Shown here in pieces: positions 50,300 through 60,236 of a stretch of 64,000 nt of DNA. Where the stretch lies: positions 2,912,001 through 2,976,000 of the forward strand of contig OZ243972.1 of the NCBI GenBank assembly GCA_965214705.1. Reading direction: 5' to 3'. The notes under the pieces are model-generated. The model was not told where the DNA came from, ran no database searches, and was given only the letters and a program-made list of their open reading frames with translations. How positions within the stretch are numbered: position 1 is the first letter of the stretch; each line of letters begins with the position of its first letter. This DNA comes from Alphaproteobacteria bacterium. Its GTDB lineage: Bacteria > Pseudomonadota > Alphaproteobacteria > UBA828. A program made the translations under genes and the position numbers.

Positions 50300-52660
50300 A
50301 TGGCGCACGTCGGCGCGGCGCACACACGCCTTGAAGACGATCGCTTTCTGACCGGCCGGGGCCGGTTCGTGGACGACATCCGCCTGCCGGGGGAGGCGGA
50401 TGCGGCCTTCGTCCGCAGCCCCCATGCCCGCGCCCGCATCGGGACGATCGACACGGGCCGGGCGCGCGCCATGCCGGGGGTGCTGGCGGTGCTCACCGGC
50501 GAGGACTGGCGCCGCGACGGCGGCGGCGAGACCGACGTGCTGTGGGACATCAACTCCCACGACGGCACACCGATGAACATTGCCCGCCGGCCGATCTTCG
50601 CTTCCGGCGAGGCCCGTCATGTGGGCGACACGGTGGCCCTCGTCGTCGCGGAAGACCCGCACGCCGCCGCCGACGCTGCGGCCGCCGTCGAGGTCGCGTG
50701 GGAGCCGCTCCCCTCCATCACCGAACTGGCGGCGTCGGTGGAGCCGGACGCGCCGCTGGTCCACGAAGGGTTCGGCAGCAACGTCGCTTACGACTGGCGG
50801 CTCGGCGATGCCGAGGCGACGGAGGCTGCGTTCGCCGCCGCCGCCCACGTCACGTCGCTCACGCTGAACAACAATCGCCTCGCGCCTTCCGCCATGGAGC
50901 CGCGCGCGGCCATCGGCGCGTACGATCGTGCCGACGGGCGCTACACCCTCTGGTCCACCACGCAGAACCCGCATCTGGTCCGCCAGTGGCTCTCGCGCGA
51001 CACGCTGCGCGCGCCCGAGCACGCGATCAGGGTGGTGGCGCCCGATGTCGGCGGCGGCTTCGGCCAGAAGACCTATCACTACCCCGAGGAGGCGAGCCTG
51101 CCCTGGGCCGCGCGGCTGGTGGGCCGGCCGGTGCGCTGGACCGCGACCCGTGCTGAGACGCTCGCGGTGGACATCCACGCCCGCGACCACGTGACCGAGG
51201 CGCGCATGGCCTTCGACGCCGACGGCCGCATCGCCGCCGTCGAGGCCACCATCGTCGCCAATCTCGGCGCCTATCAGAGCCAGTTCGCCGCCTGCATCCC
51301 GACGCTCTTCTGCGTCACCATGTTCTCCGGCCAGTACGCGATCCCCGCGCTGCACTGCCGGGTGCTCGGCGTCTACACCAACACCACGCCGATCGACGCC
51401 TATCGCGGCGCCGGCAATCCCGAGATCACCTACGTCATCGAGCGGCTGATCGAGAACGGGGCGCGGGAAATGGCCGGCGATTCGGTCGAGGCCCGCGCGC
51501 GCAACCTCGTGCCTGCCGCCGCCATGCCTTATGCGAGCGCGACCGGCGTCACCTACGACGTGGGCGACTTCCCGGCGGTGCTCGGCAAGGCCCGCGCGCT
51601 GGCCGATCTCGACGCGCTCAGGGCCGAGCAGGCGAGGCTCCGGGAAGACGGCGTGCTGATGGGGGTCGGCATGGCCGCCTTCATCCGCTCCGGCGGCGCC
51701 GGGCCGAGCCGGCTTGCCGCAGCCCTCGGCAGCCGCATGGGGCTTTGGGATGTCGCCACCGTGCGGATCCATCCCAGCGGCAAGATCACCGTTCTCTGCG
51801 GCAGCCACAACCACGGCCAGTCCCACGCCACGACCTACGCGCAGATCGTCGCGGACCGCTTCGGCTGCGACATGGCCGATATCGAGGTCGTCGAAGGCGA
51901 TACCGACCGGATTCCCCACGGCCTCGGCACCTGGGCCTCGCGCTCGATCACCGTGGTGGGTTCCGCGCTGGCCGTGGCCTCCGATCGCATCATCGACAAG
52001 GGCCGCCGCCTTGCCGCCCACCTGATGGAATGCGCGGTGGACGATATCGACTTTGGCGCCGGCGCCTATTCCGTGCGCGGCACCGACCGGCGCATGACCT
52101 TCGTCGAGATCGCCGATATGGCCTATCGCGGCGCCGACTACCCGGATGGCTTCGAGCTCGGGCTGGAGGAGGCGGCGTTCTTCGATCCCGACGACTTCAA
52201 CTATCCCTACGGCACCCATGTCGCCACCGTCACCGTCGATGCCGAAACCGACGCAGTGCGGCTCACCGGCTACTACTCGGTGGAGGACATGGGCCTCGTG
52301 ATCAACCCGCTGGTGGTGGACGGCCAGCGCCACGGCGCCGCCGCCCAGGGCATCGGCCAGGCGCTGCTGGAGGACGTGCGCTACGAGCCGGAGTCGGGCC
52401 AGTTGCTCACCGGCTCCTTCATGGACTACACGATACCCCGCGCCGACGATCTGCCCGACTTCACCCTGGACGGCCACGTCACGCTGACCAAGACCAACCC
52501 GCTCGGCGTCAAGGGCGTGGGCGAGCTCGGCACAGCCGGGCCGCCGGCCGCGATCGGCAACGCTATCCTCGACGCGCTCTGGCACCTCGGCGTCCGCCAC
52601 GTGGAGATGCCGTTCACGGCGGAGCGCGTCTGGCGTGCGATTCGCGCGGCCTCGGCGTAG
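50300..52660 (+). CDS. Xanthine dehydrogenase family / CoxL-like molybdopterin-binding large subunit
   Basis: RLEDDRFLTGRG.FVDD, RSPHA.ARI, DVGGGFG.K, AYRGAGNPE, HGQSH.T, GQLLTGSFMDY, GVKGVGE. Confidence 0.92.
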   Translation: MAHVGAAHTRLEDDRFLTGRGRFVDDIRLPGEADAAFVRSPHARARIGTIDTGRARAMPGVLAVLTGEDWRRDGGGETDVLWDINSHDGTPMNIARRPIFASGEARHVGDTVALVVAEDPHAAADAAAAVEVAWEPLPSITELAASVEPDAPLVHEGFGSNVAYDWRLGDAEATEAAFAAAAHVTSLTLNNNRLAPSAMEPRAAIGAYDRADGRYTLWSTTQNPHLVRQWLSRDTLRAPEHAIRVVAPDVGGGFGQKTYHYPEEASLPWAARLVGRPVRWTATRAETLAVDIHARDHVTEARMAFDADGRIAAVEATIVANLGAYQSQFAACIPTLFCVTMFSGQYAIPALHCRVLGVYTNTTPIDAYRGAGNPEITYVIERLIENGAREMAGDSVEARARNLVPAAAMPYASATGVTYDVGDFPAVLGKARALADLDALRAEQARLREDGVLMGVGMAAFIRSGGAGPSRLAAALGSRMGLWDVATVRIHPSGKITVLCGSHNHGQSHATTYAQIVADRFGCDMADIEVVEGDTDRIPHGLGTWASRSITVVGSALAVASDRIIDKGRRLAAHLMECAVDDIDFGAGAYSVRGTDRRMTFVEIADMAYRGADYPDGFELGLEEAAFFDPDDFNYPYGTHVATVTVDAETDAVRLTGYYSVEDMGLVINPLVVDGQRHGAAAQGIGQALLEDVRYEPESGQLLTGSFMDYTIPRADDLPDFTLDGHVTLTKTNPLGVKGVGELGTAGPPAAIGNAILDALWHLGVRHVEMPFTAERVWRAIRAASA

Positions 52661-52685
52661 TCCAGGCGCTGCCCGCCGCGCCCCG

Positions 52686-54206
52686 TTACCACAGGAACAG
52701 GCGGTAGGCGGGATTGTCGGTCTCCTCCCGGTAGTCGTACCCCACCTGCTCCAGGAACGACTGGAAGTCGGCGCGTTCCTCCTGCGGCACCTGCAGGCCG
52801 ATCAGCACCCGGCCGTAATCCGAGCCGTGGTTGCGGTAGTGGAACATGCTGATGTTCCAGGGCCTGCGGCCCATCTGCGTGAGGAAGTGCATGAGCGCGC
52901 CCGGCCGCTCGGGAAAGTCGAAGCGATAGAGCACCTCGTCCAGCTCGCCCGGCGCGTGGCCGCCCACCATGTGGCGCACGTGGAGCTTGGCCATCTCGTT
53001 GTCGGTCAGGTCCAGGACGGGATAGCCGTCGCGCTCCAGCGCGTCCATGAGCGCGCGCTTGTCGGCGCCGGCATCGCTGATCTCCACGCCGACGAAGATG
53101 TGCGCCTCCGCCTCGTCGGCGTAGCGGTAGTTGAACTCGGTGATCGAGCGGTTGCCGATCAGCTCGCAGAAGCGCAGCAGGCTTCCGGGCCGCTCGGGGA
53201 TGGTCACCGCGAGCAGGCTCTCCCGCTGCTCGCCAAGCTGCGCCCGCTGGGCGATATGGCGGAGGCGGTCGAAGTTGACGTTGGCGCCGCTCACAACCGC
53301 CGCGAAGCGCCCGCCATCCGTTCCGCCCTCCCGCTCGACGTAGCGCTTGAGGCCCGCCACCGCGAGCGCACCCGCCGGCTCCGCGATGGAGCGGGTGTCC
53401 TCGAAGATGTCCTTGATCGCCGCGCAGATTTCGTCGGTGGAGACCAGCACGACCTCGTCGACGCATTCGCGCGCGATGCGGAAGGGCTCGGCGCCGATCT
53501 GCCTCACCGCGACGCCGTCGGCGAAGATTCCGACACTCTCCAGCACCACCCGCTCGCCTGCCGCGAGCGCCGCGTGCAGGGTCGGCGTCTCCTCTGGCTC
53601 CACGCCGACGATGCGCGTCTCCGGCCAGAGCGCCTTGATGTAGGCGGCGATGCCGGCGATCAGGCCGCCGCCGCCGACACTGACGAAGATGGCATCGAAG
53701 GGCTCGCCCTGCTGGCGCACGATCTCCATCCCCACCGTGCCCTGGCCTGCGATGACGTGCTCGTCGTCGTAGGGCGGGATCAGCACCATGCCTCGCTCGG
53801 CGGCGAGGGCCTCCGCCCTCTCCTTCGCCTCGTCGTAAGAGGAGCCGGCGAGCAGCACCTCGGCGCTGAGCCGCTCGACCGCGTCCACCTTGATGCGGGG
53901 TGCGGTCTCCGGCATGACGATGAGCGCCCGGATGCTCAGCCTGCGCGCGGCCAGCGCGACCCCTTGCGCATGATTGCCGGCGGATGACGCGATCACCCCC
54001 CGCGACCGCTCCTCGGGCGCGAGCGAGGCGAGCTTGTTGTAGGCGCCCCGCAGCTTGAACGAGAAGACCGGCTGCAGGTCCTCCCGTTTGAGCCACACCT
54101 CGCAACCGAGCCGGGAGGAGAGTTTTGGCGCACGCTCCAGAGGCGTCTCGCGCGCCACGTCGTAGACGCGCGCCTTCAGGATCTTCGTCACGTAGTCTTG
54201 GGACAT
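52686..54206 (-). CDS. ilvA: Biosynthetic threonine ammonia-lyase
   Basis: KREDLQPVFSFKLRGAYNK, SAGNHAQG, GGGGL, SGANVNF, two ACT-like domains (PERPG), FHYRNHG. Confidence 0.97.
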   Translation of the reverse strand: MSQDYVTKILKARVYDVARETPLERAPKLSSRLGCEVWLKREDLQPVFSFKLRGAYNKLASLAPEERSRGVIASSAGNHAQGVALAARRLSIRALIVMPETAPRIKVDAVERLSAEVLLAGSSYDEAKERAEALAAERGMVLIPPYDDEHVIAGQGTVGMEIVRQQGEPFDAIFVSVGGGGLIAGIAAYIKALWPETRIVGVEPEETPTLHAALAAGERVVLESVGIFADGVAVRQIGAEPFRIARECVDEVVLVSTDEICAAIKDIFEDTRSIAEPAGALAVAGLKRYVEREGGTDGGRFAAVVSGANVNFDRLRHIAQRAQLGEQRESLLAVTIPERPGSLLRFCELIGNRSITEFNYRYADEAEAHIFVGVEISDAGADKRALMDALERDGYPVLDLTDNEMAKLHVRHMVGGHAPGELDEVLYRFDFPERPGALMHFLTQMGRRPWNISMFHYRNHGSDYGRVLIGLQVPQEERADFQSFLEQVGYDYREETDNPAYRLFLW

Positions 54207-54320
54207 GGGGCGTGCTCGTTCGCATGGGTGCGGACGCGACCGCCGGCAACCGCCTGCGTCCGCGCCGCGACGCATTCACATGGGAACGCAGCGGAATCAA
54301 ATCAATCCACGAACTCCGTC

Positions 54321-54390
54321 ATGCCCGGTCATGCCCGGTCATGCCCGGAAATGCCCTGACTCGTTCCGGGTATCCGGGTATCCGGGCATC
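54321..54390. repeat. Short tandem arrays: ATGCCCNNNN x4 (10-bp period) and TCCGGG(T/C)A x3 (8-bp period)
   Basis: atgcccggtc atgcccggtc atgcccggaa atgccctgac at 54321-54360; tccgggta tccgggta tccgggca at 54365-54388. Confidence 0.85.
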
Positions 54391-54412
54391 CCTCTCCACC
54401 AACGACCACATC

Positions 54413-54444
54413 GTCATGCCTGGCCCCCGGATCAAGTCCGGGGG
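54413..54444. repeat. REP-like palindrome / possible terminator
   Basis: GTCATGCC followed by the perfect 8-bp hairpin CCCCCGGA-TCAAG-TCCGGGGG (54424-54444), resembling alphaproteobacterial extragenic palindromes. Confidence 0.6.
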
Positions 54445-54458
54445 TGTTCCGCGCATCT

Positions 54459-55160
54459 TTATCCGCCGGGCATTCCCTCTGACATGCCATGAGACGGGAA
54501 CGAATTATTGGAGCGGGACTCGCTGGGATCAGCTGGGATTGGTGGGTATAGGCGGGCTTCGGCAGGGTTCCACGGGTCCACCGGCACCGACGTGACGGTG
54601 CGGGGAGGCGGCGGGGGCCTGCCCTCCACCTCCGCGCGGATGATGGCGACCGCCTCCGGCGAGAGCCCGCCCTGGCCCTTGGCGCGGTCTGCGTCGTTCG
54701 CCGCCTTCTTCGCCGCCCGCTCCCGGTTCAGGCGCAGCTTGTCGGTGCCTTCGATGCGCTTGAGGGTGAGGGCGAGGCGGGCGAGCTCCTCCGTCGACAC
54801 GGGCTCTTCCCGTGCGCTGAGATTGGCCATGGTGGCGAGCACCATGGTCCGCAGGGCCTCGATCAGGATGAGCGCCGTGCGACCCTCGGGCCGCTCGCCC
54901 AGCGCATCCACCCACGCCTTGATGGTGCGGTCGGTCTCCTGCTGCTGGCGGATCATGTCGCGCATGTTCTTGGTGTAGCGGCCGACGGCCGAGCGCGAGC
55001 ATGTCTCGCCCTCGGCCCGGATGCGGGCGGTGATCTCGTCGATGGTGTCGCCGTCCGCGATGGCCTGATCGACGGCCTCGCGCAGCTTGGCCGGCAGGCG
55101 CTTGATGGAGGAGCGGCCGAACGCCGCGGCCGGCGTGCTCTTGGGGGTTTCGTTCTGCAT
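54459..55160 (-). CDS. DUF3486 family protein (Mu gp27-like, putative small terminase)
   Basis: GRSSIKRLP..LRE..D, TIDEI, SRSAVGRY, LIE.LRT, LARLA..L, GLSPEAV..IR; low-complexity tail; start 55160 or 55196. Confidence 0.75.
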   Translation of the reverse strand: MQNETPKSTPAAAFGRSSIKRLPAKLREAVDQAIADGDTIDEITARIRAEGETCSRSAVGRYTKNMRDMIRQQQETDRTIKAWVDALGERPEGRTALILIEALRTMVLATMANLSAREEPVSTEELARLALTLKRIEGTDKLRLNRERAAKKAANDADRAKGQGGLSPEAVAIIRAEVEGRPPPPPRTVTSVPVDPWNPAEARLYPPIPADPSESRSNNSFPSHGMSEGMPGG

Positions 55161-55535
55161 GGCGTGGCTGTGCTCGCGGGATGGTTTCTGGCTCATCCCG
55201 CGATGCTGCCCCGCCCCGCCCACACTTTGCACCGCACCATGGTCCGGGGCACGTTCTCGACAACCGACGAGCAGTCGATCAGGAAATGCCGGGCCGCGCA
55301 GCGGCCCGGAGCGCGCGACCGCGCGCCACGCCGTCAGGCGCGTAGACTTACGAGTATATGTATCGTTAAGCGCGCATGAGAGGACATAGAAGGACATTAT
55401 ACGAATATTTGCAATGGTTTGCTGGAATTGCGCGAAGCATTCTCCCTTTGCGAGGCGACATGAGATGACTTTCAGTCCCTTTCACGTGTTGGGCAGTGTG
55501 TTGACAGCTCGACAGCCCTATGGTCCAATGTCCCC

Positions 55536-56825
55536 ATGAAGACGACGAAGCCCGGAAAACGTGTCGCCAAGACCAAGATTACCATCAACAAGCGTGCCGT
55601 CGATGCCCTCAAGCCCGGCGACAAGCCCTGGATCGCGTGGGATGACAGGCTCACCGGCTTCGGCGTCAGGGTGCACCCCACCGGCGCCAAGTCCTTCATC
55701 GTCAACTACCGTGCGGGTGACGGCGGCAGGAAGGCGCCGAACAAGCAGGTCGTGCTCGGTCGATATGGCAAGATCGCGCCCGGTCAGGCCAGGCGCCTTG
55801 CCCAGACCACCCTCGGCAAAGTAGCCAGCGGCGAGGACCCGGCTGAGGAACGTTCGCAGGCGCGAGGGATGCCGACCCTGGCGGATGCGCTCAAGGACTA
55901 CCTGGCTGCCAATCCCAACCGCTCCGAGAACACCAACAAGCTCTACCGCTACGAGGCCGAGCGCTATCTCGGTGACTGGCTCATCCGCCCACTCGATTCC
56001 ATCACACGGCGCGAGGTGGAGGCGCGCTTCAACCGCATTACCGTGGACCACGGCTGGTCACCGGCCAACCACGCGATGTCTCTGCTGCGTTCCGTCTTCC
56101 GCCGTCCGTGCGTCGATCTCGAAGGTCTGCGCAACCCGGTCGACCTCTGGCTCGCCGCAGGCGGGAAGTTCCATCGCAAGACGCGACGCAAGATCTCCAC
56201 GCCCGCCGAGGTGCTGCCCTGTTGGCGAACCGGCATCGAGGCCGAGGTCAAGATGCCGGCCATGAGTGACGCGCTGTGGTTCGGGCTTTACACCGGCATG
56301 CGGCTGAGAGAAGTCCTGACACTACGCTGGGAGCGAGTAGACATGGCGTCGCTCACCTTCCGCGTCGAGCAGACCAAGACCCGAGTCCCTCTTGAGCTTC
56401 CGATCACCCGACAACTGGAACTTATCCTTGAGAGGCGTCGGGCGGCGAGGTCGGCGATGCCGGTCACCGTGCGGGACTGGGTATTCCCTTCTCCGGCCAG
56501 CAAGTCCGGGCATGTCGAGGACCCGCACTATCTTTACCCGCGCATCACGAAGACGGGCGGTGCGAAGTTCTGGTTCCATGCGTTCCGCAACTGCTTCATC
56601 ACGGTGGCCGAACGGGACTTGATGCTTCCCTCGCCGTTGACCAAGCGCCTTGTGAACCACGCCAGACCCAACGACGTGACGGAGGGTTACGCTGCGGACT
56701 GGACGATCGCCCAGCTCCGAGAGCCGGCTCAAAGGGTTGCCGATCGGATAGAGGCACTGATGAGCCAAGCGCCGGAGGGCACCGCCGAACAGGATGGGAT
56801 TTCAGTCGGCGCCGGGTCTGGCTGA
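55536..56825 (+). CDS. Tyrosine recombinase/integrase with N-terminal arm-binding (DUF4102-like) domain
   Basis: WDDRLTGFGVRVHPTGAKSF...LGRYG...AR..A...GEDPA; catalytic R (YTGMR), K (TKT), HAFR, NH and Y (TEGY) all present. Confidence 0.93.
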   Translation: MKTTKPGKRVAKTKITINKRAVDALKPGDKPWIAWDDRLTGFGVRVHPTGAKSFIVNYRAGDGGRKAPNKQVVLGRYGKIAPGQARRLAQTTLGKVASGEDPAEERSQARGMPTLADALKDYLAANPNRSENTNKLYRYEAERYLGDWLIRPLDSITRREVEARFNRITVDHGWSPANHAMSLLRSVFRRPCVDLEGLRNPVDLWLAAGGKFHRKTRRKISTPAEVLPCWRTGIEAEVKMPAMSDALWFGLYTGMRLREVLTLRWERVDMASLTFRVEQTKTRVPLELPITRQLELILERRRAARSAMPVTVRDWVFPSPASKSGHVEDPHYLYPRITKTGGAKFWFHAFRNCFITVAERDLMLPSPLTKRLVNHARPNDVTEGYAADWTIAQLREPAQRVADRIEALMSQAPEGTAEQDGISVGAGSG

Positions 56826-57124
56826 GACGCGGCCGGCAAGCAATTAGTTTTCGCCCAGCGCTCTCCCTCGCAACTCGATCCTGGGTCGTCGTGGTCCGGC
56901 CCTGCCGGTCACGCCGGCCAACTCCGCGACGCCGGTCTCCGGGAGGATGCCCTCTCGCGGCCGAGCGCACGATCGCCTCTCGTATACGCCCTTCGGAGCA
57001 AGGGATCGGTGAGCCGTCCCACGCGCTGGGCAGCTCTCGGTGCCATCGCGCCTGCTTGCGATCATTGACGAAGCCGCATTGCGGGAGGGGGTATCCCGCT
57101 CCGGACTCATCGCCTGCGCGGCAC

Positions 57125-57484
57125 TCAGTTTCGTGGAACGGCGGGCGAGGGAGCGATAGAAGCGCGTGCGTTCGCCGGAGCGGGGTTGTCCGGCGGCCCG
57201 CTTCGGACCTCCCGCCACAGACGGAGGGCCAGGTCAAACTCGCCATCGACGAGCGCGACCGCGGCGCGCACGGAAACGGACGCATGGCAGCGGTGGAGTG
57301 CGCAGGCCCTGTCCGCAAGGGCGCGCGCCCGGTCGACGCAGCCGCTTGCGAGGGCGGCCGCCGCGCGGCGCCGGCACTGTGCAGCGGCCTGCTCGACGGC
57401 CAGCACCTGGCGCAGGTCGGTCCGGCAGCGGTGGCAAGATGGGCCCTCGATCCCCCTGGCGCCGCAGGTCGGGCAGTTGAGCAC
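57125..57484 (-). CDS. Small Zn-ribbon + helical (TPR-like) protein
   Basis: GTG 57484 after GGAG, 4 nt behind the Hsp70 stop; CPTC...CHRCRTDL followed by Ala-rich helices ending FDLALRLW. Confidence 0.75.
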   Translation of the reverse strand: MLNCPTCGARGIEGPSCHRCRTDLRQVLAVEQAAAQCRRRAAAALASGCVDRARALADRACALHRCHASVSVRAAVALVDGEFDLALRLWREVRSGPPDNPAPANARASIAPSPAVPRN

Positions 57485-57488
57485 CGGC

Positions 57489-59258
<1,770 letters not shown>

Positions 59259-59263
59259 CAAGA

Positions 59264-59935
59264 TCACTCCTGCCTCTCGTTGCGGTTCACGGCCACCTCG
59301 GCGAGGCGCAGAATGTCGCCGCCCCGGGTGTAGCCGCTGAGCAGCTCCTCGACCACCATGCCGCTCCCGACCCCCGCGACCCGGCGGACCTCCGCCGCGT
59401 GCATGGTGCGCGCATCGAACGGCTGGCCTGCGGTCCGCAGGCGCTCGACCCCGAACCCGGACAGCATCCGGTCGAAACGCCTGAGTGCGATCTCGTAGCC
59501 CTCGGCGACGCCGCGGATACCCCGCGGCGGGCGGCGGAACAAGCCGGGGCGTTCGCGCAGCACCGTCGCTGCCTCCAAGCCCCGGACCAGGGCGTTGCGC
59601 ACCTCGAGAGCAGAGCGCAGGCAGCGGTTCTCGGCCTCGCGCGAGACCCGCGTCTCGAATGCCGCCAGGTCGTCCTCGCGGCGCTTCATCAACGCCGCAG
59701 CGCCGTCGTAGCGTGCCGCCGCCTGGGCAAGCTCCCGGCCCGCCTTCGACTGCTCGCGGTTTTGCAGCCGGACCTCCTGGCGCAGCGCCGCAAGCTCGGC
59801 GAACAATTCGCGCAGATCTGGCTCCGGCGCTATACCGGTCCCGCCGTCGCCGCTGTCCTCCTCCTCCAGTTCGTCGAGCCAGTGCCCGAAATCCTCCAGG
59901 GCGCGGCGCTTCCAGTCGTTGTCAGGCTCACTCAT
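59264..59935 (-). CDS. GrpE-like nucleotide exchange factor with N-terminal extension
   Basis: Coiled coil ELAALRQEVRLQ; C-terminal GQPFDARTMHA...VVEELLSGY...ILRLAEVAV beta domain. Confidence 0.85.
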   Translation of the reverse strand: MSEPDNDWKRRALEDFGHWLDELEEEDSGDGGTGIAPEPDLRELFAELAALRQEVRLQNREQSKAGRELAQAAARYDGAAALMKRREDDLAAFETRVSREAENRCLRSALEVRNALVRGLEAATVLRERPGLFRRPPRGIRGVAEGYEIALRRFDRMLSGFGVERLRTAGQPFDARTMHAAEVRRVAGVGSGMVVEELLSGYTRGGDILRLAEVAVNRNERQE

Positions 59936-60233
59936 CCTCTGCGCCTTCCGCCGCAATCAGCGCCTGCAGGCCCGGGGTGGCACGCCCGCGTGGCCGCGCC
60001 TGCACCAGCGCGTCCAGAGCCAGCTCGAAATCGCCGTGCCGGGACATCCCGAACATCGCCGTCTCCACGCGCGAGCGATCGTCCTTCAGGGCTTCGTAGG
60101 CGGCCACGATCCGCTCGCTGTACGCCGGCTCCCGGCTCGGCGGATGCGCCCGGATCAGCTCGAGGTAGCGCCGGCGAACCTCCTCCCGCGAGGCGGAGGA
60201 GGAAAGCCCCAGAGCAAGATAGTGAGCCAGCAT
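59928..60233 (-). CDS. Small J-domain-like protein (HPPS in place of HPD)
   Basis: HYLALGLSSSAS.EEVRRRY..L...HPPSREP....I..AYEALKD..SR; 101 aa. Confidence 0.85.
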   Translation of the reverse strand: MLAHYLALGLSSSASREEVRRRYLELIRAHPPSREPAYSERIVAAYEALKDDRSRVETAMFGMSRHGDFELALDALVQARPRGRATPGLQALIAAEGAEDE

Positions 60234-60236
60234 CGC

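Noticed and set aside
50300-52660. Aerobic CO dehydrogenase (coxL form I)
   Set aside because: Lacks the AYxCSFR Cu-binding loop and adjacent coxM/coxS
54321-54390. Short repeats as a CRISPR array
   Set aside because: Units are 8-10 bp without unique spacers, and no cas genes are in the window
55381-55397. AGGACATAGAAGGACAT as an alphaproteobacterial LexA box
   Set aside because: Period is 10 bp and the core is GGAC; the LexA box is GAAC-N7-GAAC (11-bp period)
56844-57218. 124-aa ORF after the Zn-ribbon gene as a sixth operon member
   Set aside because: Overlaps the Zn-ribbon gene, has an Arg/Pro/Ser-rich non-coding-like composition and no clear RBS or motif
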